The notes under the pieces: model-generated | The model's database searches: none | What the model was told of the DNA's origin: nothing | What the model saw: the letters and a program-made list of their open reading frames with translations, nothing else | In this document: positions 13,634 to 64,000 of the stretch, one piece after another | Numbering within the stretch: the stretch's first letter is position 1 | Layout: every line of letters starts with the position of its first letter | Program-made: the position numbers and the translations under genes | NCBI GenBank assembly: GCA_951406725.2 | Contig: OX597838.1 | Coordinates: 19,282,001-19,346,000 of the forward strand | DNA length: 64,000 nucleotides | Reading direction: 5' to 3' | DNA from: Octopus vulgaris | Lineage: Eukaryota

Positions 13634-14199
13634 GCGAGAGAGCAGTGCATGCCATAAAAGTGACACTGGGGTAAAATATACGAAGCCCAGTATACCCATC
13701 ATGACTACCTGTCTGATAAGGGTACACTAGGCACATGCATCCCAATCATATGTATACAACATGGTGATCTTATATCAAGATAAAGAGCACATGACCTTGC
13801 TGGTGGGGCCCAGTTAGAATTTTCTTCTGGTCAAATAGCCCATCCCGCTCAAAAGATCCCTGAATAAGGATTGTTTAAGGATGTTGAACGAACCACCCAT
13901 GTTTCCAGAGGTGAATTATCCAAACCTCAAAGAATCCTTCTCAACACATGGCTATGATGCTCCCCCACTACTTCTGCTCATGATCAGAGATGCACATATT
14001 ATCAGCCACTCAGGGACATGCTCAACTGGTTACGGTCAAACAACTGACAAGCAAATCTGTGGTATTGAGCAGAATATTTGTTGTAGCCCATCTTTTATAC
14101 CAAGACAAAAACAATGTACATGATAAGACTTCCAATCAGTTAAGATCAGAAGCCATGAGAGCCACTGCCTGGTACTGCATCAGGGCATTTATTATTATT

Positions 14200-14550
14200 A
14201 TTATTATTCAGTAGTTTTATTTTTATATCGTGCTTTCACTTCACTACCGAGCGCAGCTCTGAGTGCCTCAGGTATGTGCTGTGATTTGTTGTGATGCTCT
14301 GATGGTTATTGTATGGAAAGTGTTCTGCGTAGGATGTGTGCAGTGCCTAGTAGTGCAATTTTCTGTATGTTGTATGTGTTTGTAAGTCCTGGTGTTTTTG
14401 TTATGTATTTGTCTGAATATTTTTTTATCATGCCTAATGCACCTACTATGATAGGAATTGTTTCTGTTTTTAGATTCCACATTCTGGTTACCTCTATTTC
14501 CAGGTCTTTGTATTTTGAAAGTTTCTCCATTTCTTTTAGAGACACGTTGT
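14200..14550 (-). mobile_element. R4/Dong-like RLE non-LTR retrotransposon 3' fragment between (TAA)n tracts
   Basis: EKLSKYKDLEIEVTRMW..IPIIVGALG...IQKIALLGTAHILR; related fragments at 4730-5250 (-) ([15 protein letters not shown]) and ~41430-41620 (+). Confidence 0.75.
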
Positions 14551-14554
14551 CATA

Positions 14555-14609
<55 letters not shown>

Positions 14610-14877
14610 CATTAGTAGTAGTAGTAGTAGAATTGCTAGAGCTTTGGAGAAATTCCCTCCATATATTTGATCCCTTTGAGATTAACATTTCCTTTCATTC
14701 TTCCAGCATCAATAAAAACCAAGTAGCGGTTAAGTACTGCAGTTGATGGCATTGACTAAATCGCCCTCCCCACGAAATTGCTGGCATTAGGCTTAAATTA
14801 GAAACAGTTGCTATTGTTGTTGTTGCTGATGTGGTAGTGGTGGTGGTGGTCGTCGTCGTCCTCCTCCTCCCCCTCCC

Positions 14878-14971
<94 letters not shown>

Positions 14972-16560
14972 CACCACCATAATCACTGATATTGTTATTA
15001 TTATCATCAACAGGAAGACACTATTAACCTTGGCTTTGTCAAATTTCTAGGCGCAGGAGTGGTCAAAGCCAATGGCAATTTTTTTGAATAAATTTACTCC
15101 TTTAGTATTTCAAGATATTTTTATGTAATTTTGGTAAATATATTTTTATTGCGTTAAATACCTTCTGTCCTGCCCTTATTGGGTTTTGAGACTTCAAAAT
15201 CCATATCTTGATACATGTTCACTGTGTGCCTTAAACAAATATGCTTTCAAGTAGATGGTGAATAACCCTGCCACAGCTCCTTTGAATTTTACCATGGCTT
15301 GAGCCCAAGTAAGGGGAATAACTCCGTCCGGCCTACAGCATAGACAATTATTTTTCATTTACAAAATCAACTGAGCGGTATGCATTTCTTCCTCCTGTTG
15401 TAGAGAGGTTATGTGCTTTCAGCCATTTGAATTTCATGATTTACTTATATGGCTAAGCACTTTTTAAAGGTGTGAAAGCAATGGTCACCCCCACCCCCCG
15501 TCACTTTTAACTTCCTAATATAGATGTAAATGCACACACACACACACACACACTTCTATTTTTTATATATTGAAGGAGTGGCTGTGTGGTAAGTAGCTTG
15601 CTTACAAACCACACGGTTCCGGGTTCAGTCCCACTTTGTGGCACCTTGAGCAAGTCTTCTCCTATAGCCTCGGGCCGACCAAAGCCTTGTGAGTGGACTT
15701 GGTAAATGGAAACTGAAAGAAGCCCATCGCATATATGTACATATGTGTGTGTGCGTATATGTTTGTGTGTCTGTGTTTGTCCCCCCAAAATCGCTGGTGT
15801 GCTTACGTCCCTGTAACTTAGCGGTTCGGCGAAAGAGACCGATAGAATAAGTACTTGGCTTACAAAGAATAAGTCCTGGGGTTGATTTGCTCGACTAAAG
15901 GCGGTGCTCCAGCATGGCCACAGTCAAATGACTGAAACAAGTAAAAGAATAAAAGAACTATATTCTCCAATGTGTCTTTTCTTAATTCAACAAAGTGAGG
16001 CGTGATTTGAATGAAATTTAGCTAGTGTTTCTAGCAGGTTGATCTATGATGGAACATATTCCTGTGGTAACCATCCCAATCTTTTTATATATACCAAGAA
16101 CTATATTACCCGAGATAGATTATTATGATCTTAAAGTGTAATTTGAGCACGATTTGGTTGCTATTTTCAGCAGGTCAGTCAACCATCAAGAAGCACTCTT
16201 GTTGAGCACTGAGACGTACTGACACACTTTGACATCACTTTACACCATCGAATGAGTTGGGGTGTAATATTGTGAGGCAACAATACACCAGGCAGGCAGA
16301 CAATACTAAACAGCTGTCTGTCTGTGTCTCTGAATCTTACACTTTCTAATTCATTACTTCAGAGAAGTGGTTGGTTTAAGTGGTAGTGTGAGGTATGAGT
16401 TACATAGAGGAGGTGTAAGATATAAGTAGAGCAAAGAGTGGTATTGTTTCAATTATATATATAGATTTAAAACAGTGTTTCTCAACCACCTTTTACTCAC
16501 GAATCCCTGTTTTATTTTAATCATGAATTCCTGTTTTATTTCTACCCATTTGATGTTTAA

Positions 16561-16781
16561 CCCTTTCATTACCATGTTTCTGTTGAGATGCTCCGTGTTT
16601 CTTTCTATTACTTTAAATATAACAAAGAATTTAGTAAAATAACTCAGTTATCATTAAGCCAGTGTTAGGAACATAAACTGTGACTAAGGTTTGGTGGAAG
16701 ATTTTAATTCAGAACTTTTGAAAACAAGACATTCGTACTACAGAGCCAGAGCCGGGTTCAGCGAGGTTGGTAACGAAAGGG
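16561..16781. mobile_element. piggyBac-like MITE (other copies 28701-28921, 59546-59880, partial ~54547)
   Basis: TTAA-CCCTTTC...GAAAGGG-TTAA termini repeated across copies. Confidence 0.75.
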
Positions 16782-19700
16782 TTAAAAGATCATATTACAT
16801 TTCTATGATTAAACATCATTAGGAATTTTATAAAAATAATTATTTAAATATTTTGTGTTTGGTAAAAGTAAACCAATTTATTGCAGTTAAATTTTACCAA
16901 CAAAATCTTATATGGACCCCAGTTAAGAACCACTTATCTACCACATACATAACCAGATCATCATCATCATTAAGGAAGTGACTACTATTCCCTTCAGACT
17001 TTGCTTTTGTCAGCTGGACATCAATGTTTTGAAACTTAACAATTTTCCATTACATTTCTGACAGATTCAGCACTGAATTGCTGAAGCAGAAATATCGTTA
17101 TGGCAAATATCCTGCTCAATAGCACAGATTTGCTTGTCAATTGTTTGACTGTAACCTATTTCTTTACTACCCACAAAGGGCTAAACACAGAGGGGACAAA
17201 CAAGGACAGACATAGGTATTAAGTCGATTACATCGACCCCAGTGTGTAACTGGTACTTAATTTATCGACCCTGAAAGGATGAAAGGCAAAGTCGACCTCG
17301 GCGGAATTCGAACTCACAATGTAACGCAGACGAAATACCGCTAAGCATTTCGCCCGGCGTGCTAACGTTTCTGCCAGCTCGCCGCCACTTAAGCATGTCC
17401 CTTCGTGGCTGACAATATGTGCATCTCTGATGATGAGCAGGAGTAGTGGGGAGCATGATAGCCATGTGTTGAGAGGGATTCTTTGGGGTTTAAATAAATA
17501 CTGTAACAAAAACTAAGTTTGAAGGAAATACTAGCCATTTTTTATACTTTCTAGGGGTAAGAAAAAACGAAATAACAGTTGCCAGCCAAAGACAAAAATC
17601 ATTTGAGATTGTTGCTGCATTTTGCCAAACTCTGAAGGCATGAAACAATCTTATAAAGTTATTTGTGAATGTTTTCAAAAAGTAAACCATGAGATTTCAA
17701 GATCTGTTCTAGAAAGAGAAATTTTATAATGAAGGTGCAGGCATGGCTGTGATAAGAATCTTGCTTCCCAACCATAGTTCTGGGTTAAGTCTTGCTGTGT
17801 GACACCTTGGGCAAGTTTCTTCTACTACAGCCTCAGGCTATCCAAGGCCTTGTGAATGGATTTGGTAGATGGAAACTGGAAGAAGCCTGTCATATATGTA
17901 TAGGTGTATATCTATGTGTGTGTGTGTTTGTGTTTGCGTTTGTCTCCCCGCCCTCACTTGACAATTGGTGTTGGTTTGTTTATGTTCCTGTAACACAGCA
18001 GTTCAGCAAGAGAGACCAATGTAATAAGTACCAGCAATAACAAGAAAGAAAAAAAAAGTCCCGGGGTCAAATCATTCAACTAAAAGTTGTTCAAGATGGT
18101 GCTCCAGTATGGTCACAGTTTAATGACTGAAACTGATAAAAGATAAGTGGAGGAAGCCATAAGCTGGATTATGTTAAATGTAATAAATATGAGGGTTGCT
18201 TGACCCTTTTACTGCAGAAATCAGATATATATATAAGCCAAATTCAAAGTCATAGGCACAGGAGTGGCTGCGTGGTAAGGAGCTTGCTTACCAACCACAT
18301 GGTTCCAGGTTCAGTGTCACCTTGGACAAGTGTCTTCTACTATAGCCTTGGGCCGACCAAAGCCTTGTGAGTGGATTTGGTAGGCGGAAACTGAAAGAAG
18401 CCCGTCGTATATATGTATATATATATACATATATATGTGTGTGTATGTATGTGTATATATGTTTGTGTGTCTGTGTTTGTCCCCCCAACATCGCTTGACA
18501 ACCGATGCTGGTGTGTTTACGTCCCCGTAGCTTTTTTTCTTTGTCTTGTATGCATTGCTGAGCAGAGAAATTAAGAGGTTTAGTGCCTCATATTGTGTAT
18601 CAACATTAAAGCAAGAGGTTTAATGCCTTGGTCTGTTGTTTTGTTTTGTGTTTTGTGTTTATTGTTTGTAAGAGGCTCAGAGCCTCAATTGAGAATGAAC
18701 TATGGAACTAAAGTAAAAGGTTTAATACCTCAAATTGTTTTTACTGTGTAAAAAAAAAAGAATAATGTTTTAGAGAAGCAAAAAATCAGCGGGCGTTTTT
18801 TGTCTTCTCCCATCAATATCATCCTCTTTCATCAGTCATTTCATCAATATTTTTGTCCAGCCTGCAAGCTGCTCCCTCTGTTTTATGCCTCTATGGCAAA
18901 ATTTTGAAATAATGCAGGCTGAACAGAGTACTTTTTCCTACCTCTCACATGAAGCTTAATCTTTACTTTTATAAATGTAGCTATGAACTAAATTTGCTTT
19001 TAGCACACCATAGTATACTATGGCAAACCACGATGTAATTATTCAAATATTGTAATATACTTCTATGAAAATAGGTGTGCTGAAGACAGAGTAGATAAAA
19101 GGAAAGAGAAAGTGTCGGAATAAAATAAAAATAGAGATTGTTTTCCAGTATGGAACACTCTGTAATATAAACTGAAGCATAATTCTCTTACTTGTTCTTG
19201 ATCACTAATAAAGAAGCAGGAATTTCAATAATGTAGATTGTGTTTACATGTATATATTGGCTATTTGCTAGGTTTGTAAAGCAAACTGTGCACCATTATT
19301 ACAGGCTGACCATTGTCTGTAAATTGTCCATATAGATGGATTTTAAAGCTGTAAACTGTGCACTGTTATTATTGACTGGGCTCTGATATTATTCATTGTA
19401 TTATGTATATGCCACATATAGCAAGTATACAGAGCTGTAAACCAAACAATTTGTGGAGGTGCAATGGCCCAGTGGTTAGGGCAGCGGACTCGCGGTCATA
19501 GGATCGCGGTTTCGATTCCCAGACCAGGCGTTGTGAGTGTTTACTGAGCGAAAACACCTAAAGCTCCACGAGGCTCCGGCAGGGGATGGTGGTGATCCCT
19601 GCTGTACTCTTTCACCACAACTTTCTCTCACTCTTACTTCCTGCTTCTGTTGTACCTGTATTTCAAAGGGCCGGCCTTGTCACTCTCTGTGTCACACTGA

Positions 19701-20239
19701 ATATCCCCGAGAACTACGTTAAGGGTGCACGTGTCTGTGGAGTGCTCAGCCACTTACACGCTAATTTCACGAGCAGGCTGTTCCGTTGATTCGGATCAAC
19801 CAGAACCCTCGTCGTTGTAACCGACGGAGTGCTTCCATCCAAACCAAACAATATTATCATTCTCAATAAACTTACAAATAGTCTAAAGAAAATTTCGGTT
19901 ACGTATTTGTTTTGCAAAATTCCTGATGTGAAATTGTGTGTTGAAACAGATATTGTTATATTTCGGAATGGTCGTTTTCTTTTTTTGCTAATTAATCACA
20001 GTATGTGAAGTTAGTGGTAAGTAGCTTGCTTATGAACCACATGGTTCTGGGTTCAGTCCCACTGCGTGGCACCTTGGGCAAGTGTTTTCTACTATAGCTT
20101 CGGGCCGACCAAAGCCTTGTGAGTGGATTTGGCAGACGGAAAATTAAAGAAGTCCATCGTATATGTATGTATATGTAAGAGAACAAAGTGTACATATGCT
20201 GCTATATATATATATTTATATATATATCTATCTATCTAT

Positions 20240-20560
20240 CCGCTCAGTCGAAGTCGACTCTCGGTCACTCGTTGGATCAGTGTCCTCCAGTCAGTTCTAT
20301 CCTGGGCGCTTCTTTCAGACTGGCTATGTCCATTCCGGTATCACTCTTGATGGTGTCAAACCAGCGAGTTCTTGGTCGGCCTCTTCCTCTCTTGCCACTG
20401 ACCATTCCAAGCATGATGTCCTTCTCCAGGGATTTTCTCCTCATAATATGACCGAAATATGCCAATCTATGCTTGGTGATCCTAGCTTCTAGTGACATTT
20501 TCAGCCTGATCTGCTTAAGAACTTCTCCATTGGTGAGCCTCGCTGTCCATGGAATCTGTA
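20240..20560 (-). mobile_element. RTE/BovB-like LINE 3' fragment
   Basis: RLAYFGHIMRRKSLEKDIMLGMVSGKRGRGRPRTRW. Confidence 0.85.
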
Positions 20561-20685
20561 AAAATCTTCAAAGCCCAACCGTTCTCCTCACCGTGGTGCT
20601 GGGGGTGGCAACGGCATATGGTAAGTATGCTGGCTAAACGGCTCTGGCCTGGGGAAAGACCTGGCCACCGACCCGAGTATCCTGG

Positions 20686-20726
<41 letters not shown>

Positions 20727-21700
20727 TCTTTTTCTCTTTTTACTTGTTTCAGTCATTTTGACTGTGGCCATGCTGGAGCACCGCCTTTAATTGAGCAACT
20801 CGACCCTGGGACTTATTCTTTGTAAGCCTAGTACATATTTTATCGGTCTTTTGCCGAACCGCTAAGTGACGGGAACATAAACACACCAGCATCGGTTGTC
20901 AACGCACATACATATATATACATATATATGACGGGCTTCTTTCAGTTTCCGTCTACCAAATCCACTCACAAGGCTTTGGCCGGCCCGAGGCTATAGAAGA
21001 AGACACTTGCCCAAGGTGCCACGCAGTGGGACTGAACCTGGAACCGGGAACAGTGCAGATGCACCATCAATGTTTTAGGTATCTGGTCACACACTGACAT
21101 TTTTCATTCTTATTTCTTTTAACCATTCTATTCTCAAATCTACTACGGTATAGATGGCATATTCTATCTACATGACTGTTTTAGAATATCTTCAGACATT
21201 TTTTTTTTTTGCTTTCTTTTCTTTACTGCACACTCGGACCGATATGTTTTCTCTGTGTAGTCAGATATCTTGCATGCAGGAGATAAGGTATCGACTCCTG
21301 TTGGCCTACTTGCGATGCATTCCTCATTATTGTTCAGAGACACAGCTTTAGGAGATACAGTTTGGCAAGTTTTGACGTGGCACAGATTCTTCGTTACTTG
21401 TAGGTTACTTAGTCATACGTTTATCTAGAAAATGTCAGTGAAGTGGTGTTTGCAGGGTTTGAGCATACTGATGTTGACTGTGTGTATGCTGTGTGCGTGT
21501 ATGTGTGTGTGTGTGTGTGTATAATTATATATATATATGTACATATGTATACACACACACATAATTATATCTATCTATGTGTCTATCCATCAATCTATCT
21601 ATCTATCTGTCTATCTATCTATCTATCTATCTATCCATCCATCAATCTATCTATCCATCTATCTATCTCTCTATCCATCCATCCATCCATCCATCCATCC

Positions 21701-21854
<154 letters not shown>

Positions 21855-22112
21855 TTGTGATACACGATCCCTATTGATCGTTTTTTTTCTCTCTCTCTTT
21901 TTACAATCCCTTTTGATCGAAAACCTACCCCACTTTTTCTTTTTTCTTTTTTTTCTCTTTTTTTTTCTCTTTTTACGATCCCTTTTTACCCCACTTTTTC
22001 TTTTTTCTTTTTCTTTTTCTTTTCTTTTCTTCTTTTTCTTTCTTCCCAAAAAGAAAAGCTCTACTTTGTAATTTGTCCCCTGTGTTCAGCCCTGTGTGGC
22101 TAATAAAGAAAC

Positions 22113-22189
<77 letters not shown>

Positions 22190-23585
22190 TTATCTGACTT
22201 TATTATTCCTATTCAAGAATGTTGTTGACATCAGCTTAGCTGGCCAAAACTTTGAAGTCACTATCAACAACATTCATGTATAAGAATAATAAATTTGAAC
22301 TCTACAAAAGTATAGAGTAACCCATCAGATTAACGCAAAATTGTTTTTATATGCCGGTGGCATGTGAAAAACAACATTTGATCATGGTCATTGCCAGTGG
22401 CGCCGGACTGGCTCCCGTGCATGTAAAAATACTTTTGAGCATGGTGACTGCCAGAACTGCCTGACTGGCCCTTGTGCTGATGGCACGTAAAAGCACCTGC
22501 TACACTCTCAGAGTGGTTGGCGTTAGGAAGGGCATCCAGCTGTAGAAACTTTGCCAGATCAGATTGAGCCTGGTGCAGCCTCTGGCTCACCAGTCCTCAG
22601 TCAAACCGTCCAACCCATGCCGGCATGGAAAGCGGACGCTAAACGATGATGATGATGATGATGATGTAAAATGCCAGTTAGTAAATGAGAGCTGACCAAT
22701 TGGATTGTAGGACTCACCATGACCCCTACCCCACTACACACAGGAGTTTCAAGATTAGTTGATCAGCTAAAAAGTAAGGGATACTAACATGACATCTTAG
22801 CCTCACCTAGTTTTCTCTCATTGATACACTCATGTACTAAATTTCCCTCGATGGGTTCGGCATTTTACATATAAACCTTCACCCCTATAACATAGACCGT
22901 GCCATCAAACCCACCACTAAAGTTCTATGGAAACACAATGTGAACTACTGCCTAAAATTATCCCTCCTGCAAAAATTCCTCCCGAAAGTGACTTTATTCA
23001 CCTACCCACCACTGGATGAAATACCATGGATTTTAGAAATACTTTATGGGAAGTCTGTACCATATTTCCCTTATTTCCCCTTGCTATGCCAACATTATTG
23101 TTCTCTGCTCTATTTCACTTGCATTCTTGTTTTTGCTCTCATTCTTATTCTTACTCTATTTAAAAGGATAAGCATACCTTATCTATTCTTAACTGACTTT
23201 TATATCTGTTAGCCTCCACCCCCAACTACTTAGACCCTCTGAAGAAGCCTAAGGACACATCTATCTATTATCCAAGCCTTGTCTGTTCATAACTGAATGA
23301 CATTGAAGTGATGGAGATAACCTGGAAGATTTTGTTGCCTCATGGCAGAAACGGCCGTACGGAACTTGTACCTGCACACCCATTTATATTTTTGCTCATC
23401 TGTTTCTATATATTTGTATGTATTCACATCCTTGTCTATGCAGTTACCAGCTTTTTCCCCACTCGTTAATCTGTATCACTCATGCATGTGCGTGTATTCA
23501 TCCAATACAACTGAATAAATAGACAGAATTGAATGTTTACTGGCTGATGTCTGTTGATTTTATATCCTCTTTGTTTTCTTACATG

Positions 23586-23653
<68 letters not shown>

Positions 23654-24051
23654 TCATCATCATCATCGTTGTCGTTTAACATCCGTTTTCCATGCTAACA
23701 TGGGTTGGACGGTTCGACCAGGATCTGGGAAGCCAGAAGGCTGCACCAGGCTCCAGTCTGATCTGGCAGTGTTTCTACAGCTGGATGCCCTTCCTAACGC
23801 CAACCACTCCGTGAGTGTAGTGGGTGCTTTTTATGTGCCAGGCGAGGCTGGCAACAGCCACGATCGGATTGGTGCTTCTTACGTGCCACTGGCACGGAAG
23901 CCAGTCAAGGCGGTGCTGGCATTGGCCACGTTCAGATGGTGCTTTTTACGTGCCACCGACACAGGGACCACAGCTGCAATTTCCATTGATTTTTGATGTT
24001 GATGTACTTGACTCAATAGGTCTCCTCAAGCACAGGGTCGAAACGGTGTTT

Positions 24052-24105
<54 letters not shown>

Positions 24106-24237
24106 TGGAGTAAACACATAAATGTGAAACAAGGTGGAAAAAAGAGTACTCAAATACCAGTGGTAGAGTAATATGCTTTATTTAAAGCAGCAGAAAATTC
24201 AACAAAACCTGTTACTCTGAGTTTCACGTTGCAAAAA

Positions 24238-24275
24238 CTGTCTGACGAACGGCAACGTGAAACTCAGAGTAACAG
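24238..24275 (+). ncRNA. Minimal type I hammerhead ribozyme motif
   Basis: ctgt-CTGACGA-acg-gcaa-cgt-GAAA-ctcagag-TA-acag: intact core, stem II with GNRA loop, stem I ctgt/acag. Confidence 0.85.
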
Positions 24276-24307
24276 GTTTTGTTGAATTTTCTGCTGCTTT
24301 AAATAAA

Positions 24308-24365
<58 letters not shown>

Positions 24366-24386
24366 ATATGTATATGTGTATGTGTG

Positions 24387-24417
<31 letters not shown>

Positions 24418-24497
24418 GTATATATACACACATATACATACATATGCATATATATATATACATACATATACATATATACATGTATATATATGTATAT

Positions 24498-24557
<60 letters not shown>

Positions 24558-24559
<2 letters not shown>

Positions 24560-24902
24560 TAATAAAAGGGTTCAGCAAAGATTTGCTTTACCACACACCG
24601 AAGTTTAGAAATAACAGCCAAAAATCTTAGCTATTTCTTCTACTTTAAAAGGGACTTCCAGAGAAACCAAAATACTTGAAGACAATCCACACAGGCAGAG
24701 AGGAAAGCAACGAAAATCAATCAATATCTGATATTGATTGATTTTCGTTGCTTTACTCTCTGCCTGTGTGAATAACCTTCAATTATTTTGGCTTCTCTGG
24801 GAGACCCTTTTTAAAGTAGAAGAAATAGCTAAGATTTTTGGCTGTTATTTCTAATCTTCGGTGTGTGGTGAAGCAAATCTTTGCTGAACCCTTTCATTAG
24901 TA
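24558..24902. repeat. ~345-bp foldback hairpin centred at 24729
   Basis: agggttcagcaaagatttgc...aatcaatatc-t-gatattgatt...gcaaatctttgctgaaccct. Confidence 0.88.
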
Positions 24903-25573
24903 TTACTTAAGTTTGCCGTGAAATGGTCCTTTTTTCATACCGAATTCTACTTGGTGAAATTATTGATTACTTCTTAATTGATTAATTTTACCCTTTGTTA
25001 TTATTGATAATATATATATATATATATATATACACAAACACATATATGTATGTATGTATGTATGTATGCATGCTTTATGCAAATAACTGACTACAAAGAG
25101 ACAAAATAATTTCCAGTCAAATAACTGACCTGAATTAACATATATAACATAACAATCACTCACATTGGTTGGGTTTGTTGCTAGGATACAAAACAAACAA
25201 TAATTAAAAGATGGCTGCAATGTGCTCGGATAAGTTGTGAAGTGAATTTTTAACTGTTTCCCTACAACTAGTTAAAGTAATCCATCTCCCCTACTCCTTA
25301 TTACAGAAAATTAATTGCTGTTGCCTAACCGGCCATGTAAGTGATTTGTGAAACGTGCTTATTGTTTATTATATTGGTCCACAGTTGTTTACTAATTGTA
25401 AGGTCGTTTGCTAATTATAAGGTAAATATAGAGTTTTGTTATGATAAGAACACAGACATACAGACACACACACATACACATACACACAATTACATGCATG
25501 CACACATAACCACACGCACAAATATACAAATACATATTATATAAACATGTGCATGTGTGTATCTCTCTCTCTC

Positions 25574-25636
<63 letters not shown>

Positions 25637-25934
25637 ATATGTATGTATAATTATTTTATTCTTTTACTTGTTTCTGTCATTTGACTGTGGCCATGCTAGA
25701 GCTCTGCCTTTAGTTGAACAAATCGACCCCAGGACTTATTCTTTGTAAGCCTAGTACTTCTTCTATCAGTCTCTTTTGCCAAACTGCTAAGGTACGGCCA
25801 CGTAAACACACAAGCATCGGTTGTCAAGCGATGTTGGTGGGACAAATACAGACACACAAACACACACACATACACACACACATACATAAATACATACATA
25901 CATACATACATACATACATACATACATACATACA

Positions 25935-25970
<36 letters not shown>

Positions 25971-26277
25971 TACATATATATATGATGGCTTCTTTCAGTG
26001 TCTGTCTACCAAATCCACTCACAAGTCTTTGATTGGCCTGAGGCTATAGTGGAAGACACTTGCCTAAGGTGCCACATATTGGGACTGAACCCAGAACCAT
26101 GTGGTTGGTAAGCAAGCTACTTACCACACAGCCACTCTAGAAATTATTAAGGTGGCTTATTTGCAATTCACAACCAAAAGGCACAAGTATAGATGTCCCC
26201 TTAATGACTAAGGGTTCTAGTCAGCTCCAGCATTGCTAGAAATAAGAGTCAGAACAACTCTTACCCACAGGAAGGTA

Positions 26278-26847
26278 TATGGGTTGTCCGGAAAGTTTGT
26301 GCCAATTTAAAGTAGCTTACCTTTCGGCTTATTTTAGAACATGGTTGAATCCATAAAATAGGATTTGACTACACCTCCATTTAGAGCACAATTTAAGCTA
26401 TCTTTTCGTGGAAGAAGGTTTATGTTCCTATAACCTGTGTTAATTCTGTAACCCTTTAAAATGGAAGATAAGAAAGGTCATTTTTGGCACTTGATGCTTT
26501 GGGAACCAGACAAAAATTGCTGCAGCTTAGCTGGGATGTGTTACCCCACCCTCCATATTAACCAGATATTGCTCCTCTGGATTTCCCCTTATTCAGGTCT
26601 CTGCAGAATAAGTCTTAATGGTAAAAATTTCAATTCCTTGGATGACGTAAAAAGATACCTTGATGAATTCTTTGCCATGAAACCACCTCAGTTCTGGGAA
26701 GAGGGTATTTTCAAGTTAAAGGAAAGTTTGAGACGCATTGTGCCACAAAATGGCTCATATTTGGTTGATTAAAAATGTAATGGCAAGTATTTATTGACCC
26801 TTTTCTTGCCTTTAAAAATCGGCACGAACTTTCCGGACAACCCAATA
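26278..26847 (+). mobile_element. Internally deleted mariner element (partial second copy 58552-58743)
   Basis: TIRs tgggttgtccggaaagt / actttccggacaacccaa with TA ends; mariner transposase N-terminus fused to C-terminal LNGKNFNSLDDVK..FFAMKPPQFWEEGIFKL. Confidence 0.85.
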
Positions 26848-26879
26848 TTTACCTAATGACTGACAAGGGAGACAAGCAA

Positions 26880-27274
26880 TGTGATGGTGATGATGATGAT
26901 GATGATGATGACGACGACAATGATGATGTTGATGACGACGACGACGAAGGTGATGTTGATGATGATGATGTTGATGATGATGATGCCAATGATGATGACG
27001 ATGATGACGGTGTTGTTGTTGTTGTTGATGATGATGATGATGTTGATGATGATGATGCCAATGATGATGACGATGATGACGGTGTTGTTGTTGTTGTTGA
27101 TGATGATGATGATGTTGATGATGATGATGCCAATGATGATGACGATGATGACGGTGTTGTTGTTGTTGTTGATGATGACGACGACGACGACGACGATGAT
27201 GATGATGTTGATGATGATGATGATGATGATGTTGATGATGATGATGCCGATGATGATGACGATGATGACGGTGT

Positions 27275-27309
<35 letters not shown>

Positions 27310-27310
27310 C
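26880..27310. repeat. (GAT)n-based microsatellite with higher-order units
   Basis: Directly upstream of the first SANBR coding exon. Confidence 0.9.
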
Positions 27311-27396
27311 ATGCACACATCTTTTTATCTCCCCTCAGTGTTTCTCTTTCAGTTGGTCTCAGAAGTCTTAAGATTGAGCGGAAGAAAGAAGCAGAT

Positions 27397-63833
<36,437 letters not shown>

Positions 63834-64000
63834 GTGAGATGTTCTGATTAGATGGGATTATCTTTAATTTCTTTTAATTTCATACTTGGTAGAGAGATAA
63901 CTATAAAATCACATGGCCTAGTGGTTAGGTTGTTATGCTCACAATAGCTAGGTCAAAGGTTCGATTCTAAGACTGGGCATGGCTCTGCATTTTTGAGCAA

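Noticed and set aside
26849-27371. Poly-D/M/S/H ORFs
   Set aside because: This is a (GAT)n microsatellite upstream of the real splice acceptor; only the part from ~27353 is exonic.

Overview
Eukaryotic, AT-rich, microsatellite- and SINE-dense DNA. It is most consistent with a cephalopod (Octopus-like) genome, an inference from the repeat landscape. Two divergently transcribed intron-containing genes can be reconstructed by hand with GT-AG junctions and continuous frame. One is CD2BP2/U5-52K (minus strand, 4 coding exons, 12471->2277, about 412 aa, C-terminal GYF domain). The other is a SANBR/KIAA1841-like gene (plus strand, 19 coding exons from 27397 to 63833, running off the window). The rest is transposon debris: tRNA-derived SINEs, RTE/CR1/R4-type LINE fragments, Tc1/mariner remnants, piggyBac-like and 8-bp-TSD MITEs, and a 5'-truncated Penelope-like element (RT thumb plus GIY-YIG). 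The most notable hidden signal is about 13 type I hammerhead ribozyme motifs (CUGANGA...GAAA...NUH with pairable stems). They sit on diverse non-coding, apparently Penelope-derived elements, most of them next to (TA)n tracts and arranged as tandem or inverted repeats. Examples are a 505-bp tandem hammerhead dimer, a tRNA-headed hammerhead element and a ~5-kb intronic palindrome with a hammerhead at each end. Nearly all long ORFs in the supplied track are microsatellite artefacts.
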